Assembly (NCBI GenBank): GCA_043821445.1
Contig: JBDRCT010000029.1
Span: 7,317-71,316 of the forward strand
Direction: 5' to 3'
Source of the DNA: Candidatus Omnitrophota bacterium
GTDB taxonomy: Bacteria > Omnitrophota > Omnitrophia > Omnitrophales > Aquincolibacteriaceae
Length of the DNA stretch: 64,000 nt
Below are positions 49,651 through 60,700 of this stretch, one piece after another; position 1 is the first letter of the stretch; every line of letters starts with the position of its first letter. The notes below the pieces were generated by a model. It did not search any database. It saw nothing but the letters and a program-made list of their open reading frames with translations, and was not told the DNA's origin. The position numbers and the translations under genes were made by a program.

Positions 49651-52600
49651 ATGAAAATCTCAAAGGTTTTTGCCCTCATTTTTATACTGCTTCTTCCGTA
49701 CACTTTCGCCTTTGCGGATTGGGTCTGGTCTCCCGAGCAGGGGAAGTTCGTCAATACTGAATCCGAAACTCAAAGCGGTGCTGATGACATCTTCGATAAT
49801 GCCCTCGATCTTTATAAAGAGAAAAAGCTCGATAAAGCGGCCGATCAATTCAAAATAGTTCTCAAGCAATACCCCAAATCCCGGGTAGCCCCCGAATCAC
49901 AATATCGGCTTGGGACCATTTTTGAAGAGACGGGTGATTTTGTGGAAGCTCATAAGGCCTATCAGGCTCTGATCAAAGAATATCCCCAGAGCGAGCGTTT
50001 TGAAGAGGTGATTGAGCGCGAGTACCAAATTGGGACTATGTTCCTTTCCGGGAAAAAAGGAAAGCTCATGGGGCTCGATATTCGCCCATCATTGCCGTTG
50101 GCCATTGAAGTGTTCCAAAAAATCGTGGCAGCGGCGCCTTATGGGGCATTCGGGGACAAAGCTCAGTTCGATCTCGGGGTTGCTTACCAAAAGTCCGGAA
50201 GCTTTGATGATTCACTAGAAGCCTACCAAAATTTGATCGATCAATACCCGCAAAGCAACCTGCTTCAGGAGGCTCGTCTTCGGATGGCCGAAGTTTCGTA
50301 TGCGAAATCCTCAAGCCAGACACGTGACCAAAGTGCGCTCGAAGAAGCGGCCCGTCAGGCACAGGGCTATCTTAAGCGGTATCCGGGTTCCGAAGAAGCC
50401 GGAAAGGCAGAGAAGATCAGCCAGGAAGTAGATGAACTGAATGCTGAGAAGAACTATCGGATCGGTCTCTATTATGAGAAGGATAATTATCTTACAAGTG
50501 CACTGATCTATTATTCGGATACCGCGAAGCGCTATCCGAATACGAGTTGGGGCCAGAAGGCCGTAGAAAAACTTCATTCATTGCAAGAGCCTGTGAAATA
50601 TCTTAATGCCAAGGCCGGAGAGTTACAGAAAGAGTTGGAGGCTTTGCAGGCGAAATACCAGGCGCTGGGGCCGGGGCAGAAGTCCGAGCGGGAACAACTT
50701 AAAAAGGAGATCGCTGAGCTGCAGAAGCGTATTCAGGCGATCGATAAGAACAAATCCGAGAGTTTGAATCGACGTAAACAGGACCTTAAACGCCGCGAAC
50801 GGGAACTGAATGAAAAATTTAAAGAGCTCGCGCGTAAGAAAAAACGCTTCAAGAATAATACATCTCCCGAATTCCAAAATGCCATGGATCGCTGGCAAGG
50901 ATCTCTTGAGGCCGAGCGTGATGCGCTTGCCGAAGAAAAGAGCCGTCTCGCGTCTTGGCGCTCAGAGCTCGGGATCTCGGATACGAAGTTTTATGAAAAC
51001 CTGATCCCGGACCACCTGATACCGTTTATGGGAAAGCCCGAGACTCCGCTACAAAAGATCCAACAGATGGACGAAAAAGAACTTTATAAGCTCTCCCGGA
51101 AGAAGAAGGAACTTCTTGAAAAGAAAGAGAAGCTCTACAAGCGTTATAGTGAGCTTCAGACCTTGCTGATGCCTGAGCGTTCCGAAAGCGGCCTGAAACG
51201 AAAGCGTTTGCGTGGTGTCGCGAAAAAAGATTCCGGCGAGCCCACCGATCCCAAACTTTTGGCGCGAAAGAATGATATCGAGGCTCTCGAGGCTAAGTTG
51301 GACGAGAAAATGGCGCTCTATGAAAAACATTTTGGAAAATCCGCCGAGCAGGAGCTTGAGGCGATGATCGAAAATCAAGCGGCTCAAAAGCAGGCTTTTA
51401 ATCCGTTTACCGTCGAAACGGGCGACCTTCAAAAGAAGAGCATCGAAGAATTACTTGAGTTGAAAATGCATCTTGCGGAGCAGGTCAAGGCCCAACAGGA
51501 TATTGTTGAAACTCTTAGCACTGCTTTTGATAAGGAGCTGGCTTTGAGGGAACAGCAGGCTATGATGAAGTCTTTTGATGACCAAAAGGATGTCGATGTG
51601 CGTAAGCTTCGCAAAGAGATCAAAAGTACGGAAAAGGAACTCCGCAAACGTTATCAAGACATTCAAGATCGTCAGAAGAACAAAGGGAGGCTTCTTGCCA
51701 GCTTGGATGAGGCGTTGAAACCTGAGGAAGGGAGGGGAAAAGTTCTGAAGACCCTTGCCAAACCGGTTACGGGTCCTGCCTATCTTGCCCAAGCATTTAT
51801 TTTTGGGCTTCCGAACAAGGATGTTACTTTGACCGACGCCGCGAAGAAACCGGGCTCCGATGCGAAAGCAAAAAAAATTCAGCAAGGGATTGAGCTGGAA
51901 AGTCTCATGATCCAGGCGCAGGCTGAGGAGATCAACAAGCTTGAAAAAGAGCTCGAAATTTTGAACGCGAAGGCATCGTTCGCCGGAGGTATGAAGTTCC
52001 GTGCTTCGTACGTTAAGGTGCCGTACACATTTATTGAGGAGGCCGTTCAAAGCTCGCGCCGCGTTGTTCCAAGGAAAAACAGGAAAGATGTGCTTCTGAA
52101 TCGATTGGACAATCAGACCCAAGAGCTTGACCGGTTCAAAGCTGAGTTGGAGGCTACGGAGGCCGTGATCAAGGAAAAGACGCCTGCGGCCCTTCCTAGT
52201 CATTCTACGGCTACAGAAACAGACGCGGACAAAAAGGAAAAGGCCGAATTGGTCCCGGATGAGAAACAACTCCGGGAAGATGCTATGAGCCTGCGGGAGC
52301 AGCTTGAGATCTCCTACAGTATTTACGCCCGTGAGCAAGGACTCGTGCTTGGCGATGCGGGTCTGGAAGAAGTTCCAACGGACGCTGAAGGCGCTAAGAG
52401 GTATCGAGAGTACAAAAAAGTGGAGGCGGAACTCGCCGGTGTGATCGATGAAGAACTTGTGATTGAACAGCAGGAGAGGTCGATCCTTGAAAAGCGGATC
52501 GCAGAAGCTGATAAAGTGATACCGACCGTGACTTCCAAGGCGATGCAGCAGGATCTTGGGACGGAAAAGACTCGCATCGGGCAGCGCCTTTCAGACCTGG

Positions 52601-52653
52601 CCACGCGGCATGATTTTCTTTCCAAGGAAAAAGAACGTTTCAGCATCAAGTGA
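49651..52653 (+). CDS. secreted 1000-aa protein: BamD/YfiO-like TPR N-terminal domain + ~700-aa coiled-coil tail
   Basis: Signal peptide with no lipobox Cys. Residues ~45-290 resemble BamD-family TPR lipoproteins (…YRLGTIFEETGDFVEAHKAYQALIKEYPQSE…AQFDLGVAYQKSG…YQNLIDQYPQSN…). The remainder is a K/E/Q/L-rich coiled coil. Confidence 0.6.
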   Translation: MKISKVFALIFILLLPYTFAFADWVWSPEQGKFVNTESETQSGADDIFDNALDLYKEKKLDKAADQFKIVLKQYPKSRVAPESQYRLGTIFEETGDFVEAHKAYQALIKEYPQSERFEEVIEREYQIGTMFLSGKKGKLMGLDIRPSLPLAIEVFQKIVAAAPYGAFGDKAQFDLGVAYQKSGSFDDSLEAYQNLIDQYPQSNLLQEARLRMAEVSYAKSSSQTRDQSALEEAARQAQGYLKRYPGSEEAGKAEKISQEVDELNAEKNYRIGLYYEKDNYLTSALIYYSDTAKRYPNTSWGQKAVEKLHSLQEPVKYLNAKAGELQKELEALQAKYQALGPGQKSEREQLKKEIAELQKRIQAIDKNKSESLNRRKQDLKRRERELNEKFKELARKKKRFKNNTSPEFQNAMDRWQGSLEAERDALAEEKSRLASWRSELGISDTKFYENLIPDHLIPFMGKPETPLQKIQQMDEKELYKLSRKKKELLEKKEKLYKRYSELQTLLMPERSESGLKRKRLRGVAKKDSGEPTDPKLLARKNDIEALEAKLDEKMALYEKHFGKSAEQELEAMIENQAAQKQAFNPFTVETGDLQKKSIEELLELKMHLAEQVKAQQDIVETLSTAFDKELALREQQAMMKSFDDQKDVDVRKLRKEIKSTEKELRKRYQDIQDRQKNKGRLLASLDEALKPEEGRGKVLKTLAKPVTGPAYLAQAFIFGLPNKDVTLTDAAKKPGSDAKAKKIQQGIELESLMIQAQAEEINKLEKELEILNAKASFAGGMKFRASYVKVPYTFIEEAVQSSRRVVPRKNRKDVLLNRLDNQTQELDRFKAELEATEAVIKEKTPAALPSHSTATETDADKKEKAELVPDEKQLREDAMSLREQLEISYSIYAREQGLVLGDAGLEEVPTDAEGAKRYREYKKVEAELAGVIDEELVIEQQERSILEKRIAEADKVIPTVTSKAMQQDLGTEKTRIGQRLSDLATRHDFLSKEKERFSIK

Positions 52654-52666
52654 TCAACGGGGACTT

Positions 52667-53194
52667 ATGATGAAAAATATGCGATGGGTGGGGTTTTGGG
52701 GTTTAGTGGTAGCGGTGGCGTTCAGTGGCTGCGGTTACACCCGTAAGACAGTGTTGCCGCGGAATATGAAAACGATCTATGTGGAGACGGTGAAGAACAA
52801 GCTCGATCCCGAGAATCTTTACGCTTATCAGCCTGGAGTTGAGATGAATATCACCAATGCGGTGATCCAGCGGCTCCAGATGGATGGCACTTTGAAGGTT
52901 GTGGAACAGCAGAAAGCCGACACGATCCTAAAAACGGATTTGCTATCTTTGGATCAAGAGGGGCTTCGTTTCAATTCCTTGGAAGGTGTGTCGCAGTACC
53001 GTCTTTTCATGGTCGTCAGGTTGCAACTTGTGGACGCGAAGACGGGAGATCTGATCTGGGAGGAGCCGAATTTTTCGGGAGGTACTGAGTACTATGTAAC
53101 CACCGTTACATCGATCGGTGAGCAGAAGGCGGCCGTGGATGCCGTTCGTACCCTCGCATATAACATTGCGGATCGTATTGTCGAAGACTGGTGA
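52667..53194 (+). CDS. lptE: LPS-assembly lipoprotein LptE
   Basis: Lipobox AFSGC-GYTR at the start of the mature protein. About 175 aa. Conserved position immediately upstream of holA. Confidence 0.65.
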   Translation: MMKNMRWVGFWGLVVAVAFSGCGYTRKTVLPRNMKTIYVETVKNKLDPENLYAYQPGVEMNITNAVIQRLQMDGTLKVVEQQKADTILKTDLLSLDQEGLRFNSLEGVSQYRLFMVVRLQLVDAKTGDLIWEEPNFSGGTEYYVTTVTSIGEQKAAVDAVRTLAYNIADRIVEDW

Positions 53195-53218
53195 TCCTTT
53201 TTCACGGACGGTACCCTT

Positions 53219-54160
53219 GTGACAGAAGTTTTTCTTATTGCCGGCGATCCGTTCCTTAGAACCCAGAAAACCAAGGTTCTTATTTCTGAGATCGAAAAAA
53301 AAACCGGAGAGTCTCTCGCCCAGCAAACCTTCGACCTGGACGAAACGCCTCTTGAAATCGTTCTAGCCGCCGCAAGAACCCTTCCGTTTCTATCATCGAG
53401 GCAGGTGATTTGTGCGCGGGGAGCTGGATCCTTAAAGGAGCCTGATCTCGCAGTCCTAGCTGCCTACCTCGGAAATCCCGCGTCGAAAACTACTCTGATC
53501 CTGGAATCGGATGATCTCAAAGGCGCTTCGGAGCTTCAAAAGCTTATGAAGGCCAAGGGGCAGCTGATTCTTTTGACGAGGGACGAAGCCCGGGGGGCAG
53601 GCGCGATATTCATCCAGCAAAAGCTCAAGCAATATCACAAGATCATGTCTTCTGGGGCCAAGGCTCGGATTCTTGCCATGTGCGGAGATGCCATGATGTT
53701 CCTGGATACCATGCTTGAGAGGCTCGTGCAGTTTTCGGGTGACCAGCAAGAGATCGATGAAGACATGGTCAACCGGTTCGAAGAGAACTGGACGGAAATG
53801 GATGTTTTTAAGCTCACGAACGCTCTGGTCGACCGTGATCCGGCGAGGGTTCTTAAAGTTTTTCGCGATCTGACAGAATTTTACGAAGCGGATCTTTTTG
53901 CTCTGGTCGGGATCCTGCATTGGCAGCTCCGGCAATTATGGCAGGCGGCCATGCTTTTAACCTCGGGAGTTTCCGAGCGTGAGATCGGCTCCAAGCTTCG
54001 GATGTCCCCGGGCCGTTTGAACGCGTTGAGGCGATTTCCTGTTGAGCGCCTAGAATCAGCCGTGGAAGTACTTTATCAGATCGACCGAAAGTCCAAGAGC
54101 GGTCAACTCGACGGTATTTCAGGGTTGGAAGCTTGGCTTTTGGAATATAGCGCTTTGTGA
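53219..54160 (+). CDS. holA: DNA polymerase III delta subunit
   Basis: 313 aa with an N-terminal delta-subunit domain. Conserved lptE-holA synteny. Confidence 0.8.
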   Translation: MTEVFLIAGDPFLRTQKTKVLISEIEKKTGESLAQQTFDLDETPLEIVLAAARTLPFLSSRQVICARGAGSLKEPDLAVLAAYLGNPASKTTLILESDDLKGASELQKLMKAKGQLILLTRDEARGAGAIFIQQKLKQYHKIMSSGAKARILAMCGDAMMFLDTMLERLVQFSGDQQEIDEDMVNRFEENWTEMDVFKLTNALVDRDPARVLKVFRDLTEFYEADLFALVGILHWQLRQLWQAAMLLTSGVSEREIGSKLRMSPGRLNALRRFPVERLESAVEVLYQIDRKSKSGQLDGISGLEAWLLEYSAL

Positions 54161-54228
54161 TGTCCGATCCAAAGCCGGGTTTTGTGCGGGAATAAAACCA
54201 GGCTTTGAAAGGAAAAATTCAGAGAGTC

Positions 54229-54491
54229 TTACTTTTTCTTGATCTTGGTGAGGAAAAGTGCGATGCGGGATTTTCTCCGGTCCGCACGGCCGTGCGGGAT
54301 CACACCTTTGGTGACCGCGTGGTCATAACGGGCCACCAGGGTGGCAGCTAGCGATTTGGCCTTTTCGGGCTCGGAGGCAAGCTGAGCCAGTTTTTTGCTG
54401 AGGGACTTCAGCTCAGAAAGAACGGCCATATTCTTCGCGCGTTTTTTAGCATCACTTCGAATACGTTTTGCAGCAGAACGAATATTGGGCA
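54229..54491 (-). CDS. rpsT: 30S ribosomal protein S20
   Basis: MPNIRSAAKRIRSDAKKRAKN… matches the S20 family. The longer ORF to 54555 is rejected as an extension. Confidence 0.85.
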
Positions 54492-54595
54492 TTTCAATGA
54501 CTCCTTTGAGTGAAAAAAGTGGCGACAATGTAACACGGGACCCCCATTCTGTCAATCCGCATCCCCAGGGGCAGAAGAGCGGAAAGCATCATCTC

Positions 54596-56182
54596 ATGAG
54601 AGCGGCCGCTGTGGTGGCGGCTATGACACTGATCAGTCGTATTTTAGGGTTGATCCGTGATATTGTGAGCGCCAAAAGCTTCGGGACGAACTGGCACTAT
54701 GACGCCTTTCTATATGCCTTTATGCTCCCGAACCTTTTCCGCCGTATCGTGGGCGAAGGTGGACTCACGAGTGCTTTTATTCCGGTCTATAACGAGATCG
54801 GAGAAAAACGGGGGCGTGCGGAGGCGTTCCACTTTGCCAATATCACACTCAGTTTCCTGAGCCTTGCGCTTTTTGCTTTTATTCTGGCTGTCGAAGGTGT
54901 ACTCCATATCCTTCTTAGAATCGGTTTTCATTCCCAGACTGTGATGCTGACTCTGGAGCTTTCGCGCATTCTTTTCCCTTATCTCTGGTTCCTGTCGCTT
55001 TATGCGCTCGGGATGGGGATCCTGAACAGCCATCGACATTTTCTTGCGCCAGCCATGGGTCCCGCGATCCTCGATCTTGTATGGATCGGCGCAGTGCTTT
55101 GGGTGCCGTCCTGGATGGGGCATGATTATCTTGCGAAGATCAGCTGGCTTTCCTACGTCATTCTTTTCGGCGGGTTTTTGCACGTGGCGGTCGAGTTACC
55201 ACCGCTTCGCAAGATCGGTTTCAAGTTCCGTTGGGTCTGGGATATTGGTTATGAAGGTCTTAAGAAGACATGGCAGCTCTTGTTGCCGGTGATGCTGAGC
55301 TTTGCAGTGGTCCAGATCAATATCGCCGTGGATATGACGCTGGGTATGGCCATCGGGCCCGGCGCGAACTCGAGCCTCTGGTACGGGAACCGTCTCATGC
55401 AATTTCCGCTCGGGATCTTTGCCTTAGCCATGGGGACTGCGCTGCTTCCGATGCTTGCTCAACAGATCGCTCGGGGTGAGAAGGAAGCGTCCCGCAAAAC
55501 GCTTTCGTTCGCACTCCGGAGCATTTTCTTCATCATCATACCGTCATCGGTCGGACTGATCGTACTTCGGGAGCCCATCATCCGTGTGCTTTTTGAACGC
55601 GGTGAATTTAACGCCGTTTCAACCGCGCGCAGTTCCGCCGTTCTTTTGGGGTACACGATCGGCCTTTTTGCGTTTGCGGGACAGAAAATCATGAATAGCG
55701 GCTACTACGCCGCGCAGGATTCCAGGACCCCCATGAGGACTTCGATCATTGCCCTTATTTCGAACATTGTCCTGAATCTGATCCTGATGGTTCCTTTCAG
55801 AGAGGCGGGGTTGGCGGTCGCGACCTCGATTGCCGGCATTATTCAGTTCGGGCAGTTGGTCTATTTTTATCCTAAAAAAGTCGGAGAATTCCCGTTCCGT
55901 GAAGTCGGCACTTCTTTTTTGCGCATCCTGCTCGCCTCTCTCGTGATGGGCATGATCGGTCATTACAGTCTCGAATTTTTAAGGTGCTGGATACCGGGGC
56001 AAGGGACTCGGATGCAGATTCTTCAGGTGTTCGGCAGCATCGCCGTCGCAACGCTCGCTTATCTGGGCCTGTGTCTTGCGTGCCATGTCCCAGAAGCCAA
56101 GGAGGCTTGGACATGGTTCCGGAAAAAGCGAAAACCTGTCGCCGGCCCCATTAATACAGAAAGCCTGATGGATGGAGCATAG
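54596..56182 (+). CDS. murJ: lipid II flippase MurJ/MviN
   Basis: MRAAAVVAAMTLISRILGLIRDIV… is the canonical MurJ N-terminus, with 14 predicted TM segments. The ORF upstream of 54596 overlaps the divergent rpsT. Confidence 0.85.
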   Translation: MRAAAVVAAMTLISRILGLIRDIVSAKSFGTNWHYDAFLYAFMLPNLFRRIVGEGGLTSAFIPVYNEIGEKRGRAEAFHFANITLSFLSLALFAFILAVEGVLHILLRIGFHSQTVMLTLELSRILFPYLWFLSLYALGMGILNSHRHFLAPAMGPAILDLVWIGAVLWVPSWMGHDYLAKISWLSYVILFGGFLHVAVELPPLRKIGFKFRWVWDIGYEGLKKTWQLLLPVMLSFAVVQINIAVDMTLGMAIGPGANSSLWYGNRLMQFPLGIFALAMGTALLPMLAQQIARGEKEASRKTLSFALRSIFFIIIPSSVGLIVLREPIIRVLFERGEFNAVSTARSSAVLLGYTIGLFAFAGQKIMNSGYYAAQDSRTPMRTSIIALISNIVLNLILMVPFREAGLAVATSIAGIIQFGQLVYFYPKKVGEFPFREVGTSFLRILLASLVMGMIGHYSLEFLRCWIPGQGTRMQILQVFGSIAVATLAYLGLCLACHVPEAKEAWTWFRKKRKPVAGPINTESLMDGA

Positions 56183-56188
56183 ATCAGG

Positions 56189-57703
56189 ATGACGGAGAGA
56201 GGACGGCGGATAACGATTAAAAGAAGGATGAGAGATAACGAAGAACCAAGCACCACCTGCCATCCTCCAGCCGATGTCTTTCAACATCTCCGCTCTGTTG
56301 CAAGCAAACTCCCTCTGACGTCCGGTATTTATCTGATGCGCGACGGGCGGGGAGAGATCCTTTATATCGGTAAGGCCAAGTCGCTTCGCAAGCGAGTGCT
56401 TTCGTATTTCAGAATTCCTGCGCCGATCCCCAAGATCGCGATTTTGATGCAAAAGGTGCGGGCGATCGATCATGTTGATACTCCCACGGAAGTGGATGCG
56501 TTGCTCCTCGAGGCGCATCTGATCCGCAGGCAACAACCCCGCTACAACCAGGACCTTAAAGACGATAAAAGCTTTCCTCTTCTCAAGATCACGCGTGAAA
56601 AATTTCCGAGGATCTGCATCACGCGTCAAAAAACCGACAAGCGGGCGATCTATTACGGCCCCTACACCGATGCGAAGCTTCTGCATCAAGCGGTGAATCT
56701 GATCAACGATCTTTTTCCAATCCGCAAATGTCAGTTGCTTCCCAAAATCGCATGTCTTTACCATCACATTGGGCAGTGCATTGCCCCCTGTGTCAAGCCG
56801 GAGGTGAAGCCGCAATATGATCGTTTGATCAATGAAGTGAAGCGTTTCCTTGGGGGAGGCAAAAAAAGCTTCGCTCAGTATCTCAATGACAGGATGGAGA
56901 GGGCGAGTCGGGAGTTGCGATTTGAGGACGCTCAGTTTTTCAAGGAGCAGATCAACGCTCTTTCAAAACTCCGCAGAAAATGCTTCCTTCCGAAGAATCC
57001 TGGACAAGGCATCTCGCTTTCGGCGACGATCGAACTTAAACAGAAGCTGAAACTCGAAAAGATCCCCGAGCGCATCATTTGTTTCGATGTCTCGAACGTG
57101 CAGGGAGATCAAGCCGTGGCATCGAAGGTGAGCTTTTACCGGGAACTTCCAGACAAGTTCGGATACCGACGTTACAGGATCCGGGGCGTTTCCGGGATCA
57201 ATGATTACGCCATGATGGCAGAGGCCCTGAGACGTATGCTTCGCGGTATCAAGGAAGGCCGGGAAGATTTCATGCCGGATCTCATGATGATCGATGGTGG
57301 CAGGGGGCATCTCAACACTGCATCCAAGGTGCTCGCGCAGGAGGGGATGACAACGATAGATATCATTTCCATCGCTAAACAGTTCGAATGGATCCACTCG
57401 CCAAAGTTCCGTGCGCCGCTTGTTCTGGCCCCAGATTCCCCGGCTCTCTACCTTCTGAAAAAGGTTCGGGATGAAGCGCATCGGTTCGCGATCACGTATC
57501 ACCGCCAGCTTAGGGCAAGGGTCCTGCAGCGTTCTATTTTAGATGACATTCCGGGTATGGGCGCGAAGCGTAAGCGTATCCTTCTCAGGCACTTTAATTC
57601 CATAGAGGAGATCCGTCATGCCGGCGTTGAAAAACTTCGCGCGGTTCCCGGGATTGACCAAAAAACCGCTGAAACTGTTCGAGCCCATTTTTCCCCCCGG
57701 TAG
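56189..57703 (+). CDS. uvrC: excinuclease ABC subunit C (short form)
   Basis: GIY-YIG motif (GIYLMRDGRGEILYIGKAKSLRKRV) and a C-terminal (HhH)2 (…DDIPGMGAKRKRILLRHFNSIEEI…). Confidence 0.8.
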   Translation: MTERGRRITIKRRMRDNEEPSTTCHPPADVFQHLRSVASKLPLTSGIYLMRDGRGEILYIGKAKSLRKRVLSYFRIPAPIPKIAILMQKVRAIDHVDTPTEVDALLLEAHLIRRQQPRYNQDLKDDKSFPLLKITREKFPRICITRQKTDKRAIYYGPYTDAKLLHQAVNLINDLFPIRKCQLLPKIACLYHHIGQCIAPCVKPEVKPQYDRLINEVKRFLGGGKKSFAQYLNDRMERASRELRFEDAQFFKEQINALSKLRRKCFLPKNPGQGISLSATIELKQKLKLEKIPERIICFDVSNVQGDQAVASKVSFYRELPDKFGYRRYRIRGVSGINDYAMMAEALRRMLRGIKEGREDFMPDLMMIDGGRGHLNTASKVLAQEGMTTIDIISIAKQFEWIHSPKFRAPLVLAPDSPALYLLKKVRDEAHRFAITYHRQLRARVLQRSILDDIPGMGAKRKRILLRHFNSIEEIRHAGVEKLRAVPGIDQKTAETVRAHFSPR

Positions 57704-57795
57704 AGTTTTCCGCACCAGGCTCTCAGCAATTTGCCGTGTCCACCTAAAGACGAAACTCGTTTAAATTTCAAAAGTTGTGATAAAATAACCTTACT

Positions 57796-60700
57796 ATGAC
57801 ACATCCATTCCTGAAGCGGCTTAATGAGAAGATCCTTGTGTTTGACGGGGCACTGGGGACAAATCTCCAGACCCTCGGCCTTACTCCCCAGGATTTCGGA
57901 GGTAAAGACGGCTGTAATGAATATTTGGTTATCACTAAGCCTGACGCCATTCAGAGTGTCCACGAAAGTTTTCTGAAAGCAGGCTGCGATGTCATCGAAA
58001 CCGACACGTTCGGCTCGAATCGTATTGTGCTTACGGAGTACGGTTTAGAGGACCGGGTGGTTGAGCTGAACGAAAGGGCTGCGCGTCTTGCTAAGGCGCT
58101 CGCCCAAAAATACTCCTCGCCAGATCATCCGCGATTTGTCGTGGGCGCTGTCGGCCCCGGGACCAAGCTCCCATCGCTTGGCCATATCGGCTTTAATGAG
58201 CTCAAGGAATGTTACAAAGAGCAATATAAGGGGCTCATCGCAGGCGGGGTGGACGGACTTCTTATCGAGACCTGCCAAGACCTGCTTCAAACCAAGATCG
58301 CTATTATTGCCGCAGTGGAATATTTTAAAGAGACGGGCCGTCGGTTGCCGCTCATGGCCCAGGTCACTCTCGAACCTACGGGCACGATGCTGCTTGGGAC
58401 AGACATCCATGCAGTGATCGCTACGCTCGAGATGTTCCCGGTGGATGTGATCGGGATGAATTGCGCGACAGGTCCCGCCGAAATGACAGAGCACATTCGC
58501 ACGCTTTGCGAAAGTTCCGTCAAGCATATTTCCGTTTTACCGAATGCCGGGCTTCCTGAGAACGTCGGCGGCGTGGCTCATTACCATTTGACTCCTACGG
58601 AGCTTGCGGATTTCCACGAGCGTTTTGTCAAAGAATTCGGCGTTTCAGTCGTGGGCGGTTGCTGCGGTACGACGCCCGAACACTTAAAAGCCGTCGTGGA
58701 TCGCGTGGGGAAATGCATTCCCAAAAAGCGAACGCCTAAACATGAGCCCTCTTGCGCGAGTCTTTACGGGATTTCTGCTTTTGCGCAAAAGCCCGCGCCG
58801 CTTTTGGTAGGCGAGCAGGCGAATGCCAACGGCAGCAAAAAATTCAAACAGCTCCTTGAGCACGAAGATTATGATGCGATCGTTGATGTAGCGCGCGAGG
58901 CCGTGAAGGAAGGCGCGCATCTTGTAGACCTTTGTGTGGCGTATGTGGGACGCGATGAAAAAAAAGATATGGGCGAAGTGATCCGCCGTTTCAATCAGCA
59001 TGTCACCGTTCCAGTGATGATCGATTCGACAGAATACGTGGTGATCGAGGAGGCTCTGAAGCGTGTCGCGGGAAAACCCGTCATCAACTCGATCAATCTT
59101 GAAGATGGCGGAGAACGGTTACGCAAGATCTGTCCCATGGCAAAAAAGTATGGTGCCGCACTGGTGGCTTTGACGATCGATGAAAAAGGTATGGCGAAAA
59201 CGCGCGAGGAAAAGCTTCGTATCGCTAAGCGTATTTATCAGATCGTGACTCAGCAGTACGGTATCCGGCCGGAAGATCTTTTCTTCGACTTGCTGACTTT
59301 TACCGTTGGGAGCGGCAGTGAGGAGTTCCGCAATGCGGCACCTGAAACGATAGCGGCCATTCGCCGTCTCAAAAAAGAACTACCCGATGTTCACACGATC
59401 CTCGGGATCAGCAATATTTCTTTTGGTCTTGCGCCGCATGCCCGGCAGGTGTTGAACAGCGTTTTTCTTCATGAATGTGTGGAAGCGGGACTTGATGCCG
59501 CGATCGTTCATGCCCAAAAGATCGTGCCGATCTTTAAGATCGCAGCGGACGATCTTGAGATCGCAAGGAGATTATTGCATAACAAGTGGATCGGCGGTAA
59601 AGATCCTTTGCAGGAATACATCGTGCATTTTTCTGGGAAACGGGGGACTGCTGGGAGGCCCCGCGAGAAGACCTGTGCGGTCGAAGAAACTTTGAAAAAT
59701 CATATCCTTGACGGAAGCTCCGACGATCTTGCCTTGCATCTAGATGAAGCTCTTAAAAAATACAAGCCGCTTGAGATCATCAATGAGCTTTTGCTGGATG
59801 GCATGAAAGTGGTCGGAGAACTTTTTGGCACGGGGAAGATGCAGCTTCCTTTTGTGCTTCAGTCGGCAGAGGTTATGAAAAAGGCCGTGGCCTATTTGGA
59901 AAAGTTCATGGATAAAACGGAGGGCCAGGAACGTGGACGGATCGTGCTTGCGACCGTCAAAGGTGATGTTCATGACATTGGGAAGAACTTGGTCGATATT
60001 ATTCTTACCAACAACGGGTATAAGGTCTTCAATATCGGAATCAAGCAGCCGGTTGAGGCGATCATGAAAGCCGCGATCGAGAATCGTGCGGATGCGATCG
60101 GGCTTTCGGGACTTTTAGTGAAGTCGACTCTTATCATGAAAGAGGACCTTGAAGAAATGAGCCGACGCGGGATTAAGTTGCCGGTGATCTGCGGAGGCGC
60201 GGCGCTCACGGAGCGTTATGTAGAGCGTGACCTTACACCGGTCTATCAGGGAGCGGTTTATTATGGGCGTGATGCCTTTTCCGGTCTGAAGATCATGGAA
60301 GGGATCAAGCAGGGCTCGGCTCCGGATAAACAGGAGGTCAAAACCTCCGCGCCGGTTATTTCGGCTTCACCTACTCCGCCGCCTAAGGCTATGCCTCCAC
60401 GTTCGAGCGCCACGAATATCATTAAGGGGCCATCGTTTCATATTCATCGCGATAACCCCATACCCAAGCCTCCGTTCTTTGGCTACCGAATTCTCAAGAG
60501 TCTCCGGATGCAAGATGTGTTCCCTTGGATCAACAAGATCGCGCTTTATCGGGCGCAGTGGCAATTCAAGCAAGGGGATAGAACTCCGCGCGAATTTGAA
60601 CTTTATCTTCAGGAGAATGTAGAGCCTATTTTTGAGCGATTCAAAGCTCGAACGGTCCGTGAGAAGATCTTAGAACCCAAGGTTATCTATGGCTTTTACA

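Noticed and set aside
51451-52338. 295-aa minus-strand ORF
   Set aside because: Antisense to the coiled-coil gene. The low-complexity K/E-rich sequence keeps the opposite strand open.
54395-54595. Long N-terminal extension of the murJ ORF
   Set aside because: It overlaps the divergent rpsT on the opposite strand. Canonical MurJ N-terminus MRAAAVVAAMTLISRILG starts at 54596.
55979-56815. 278-aa minus-strand ORF spanning the murJ 3' end and uvrC 5' end
   Set aside because: Antisense to two well-supported plus-strand genes.
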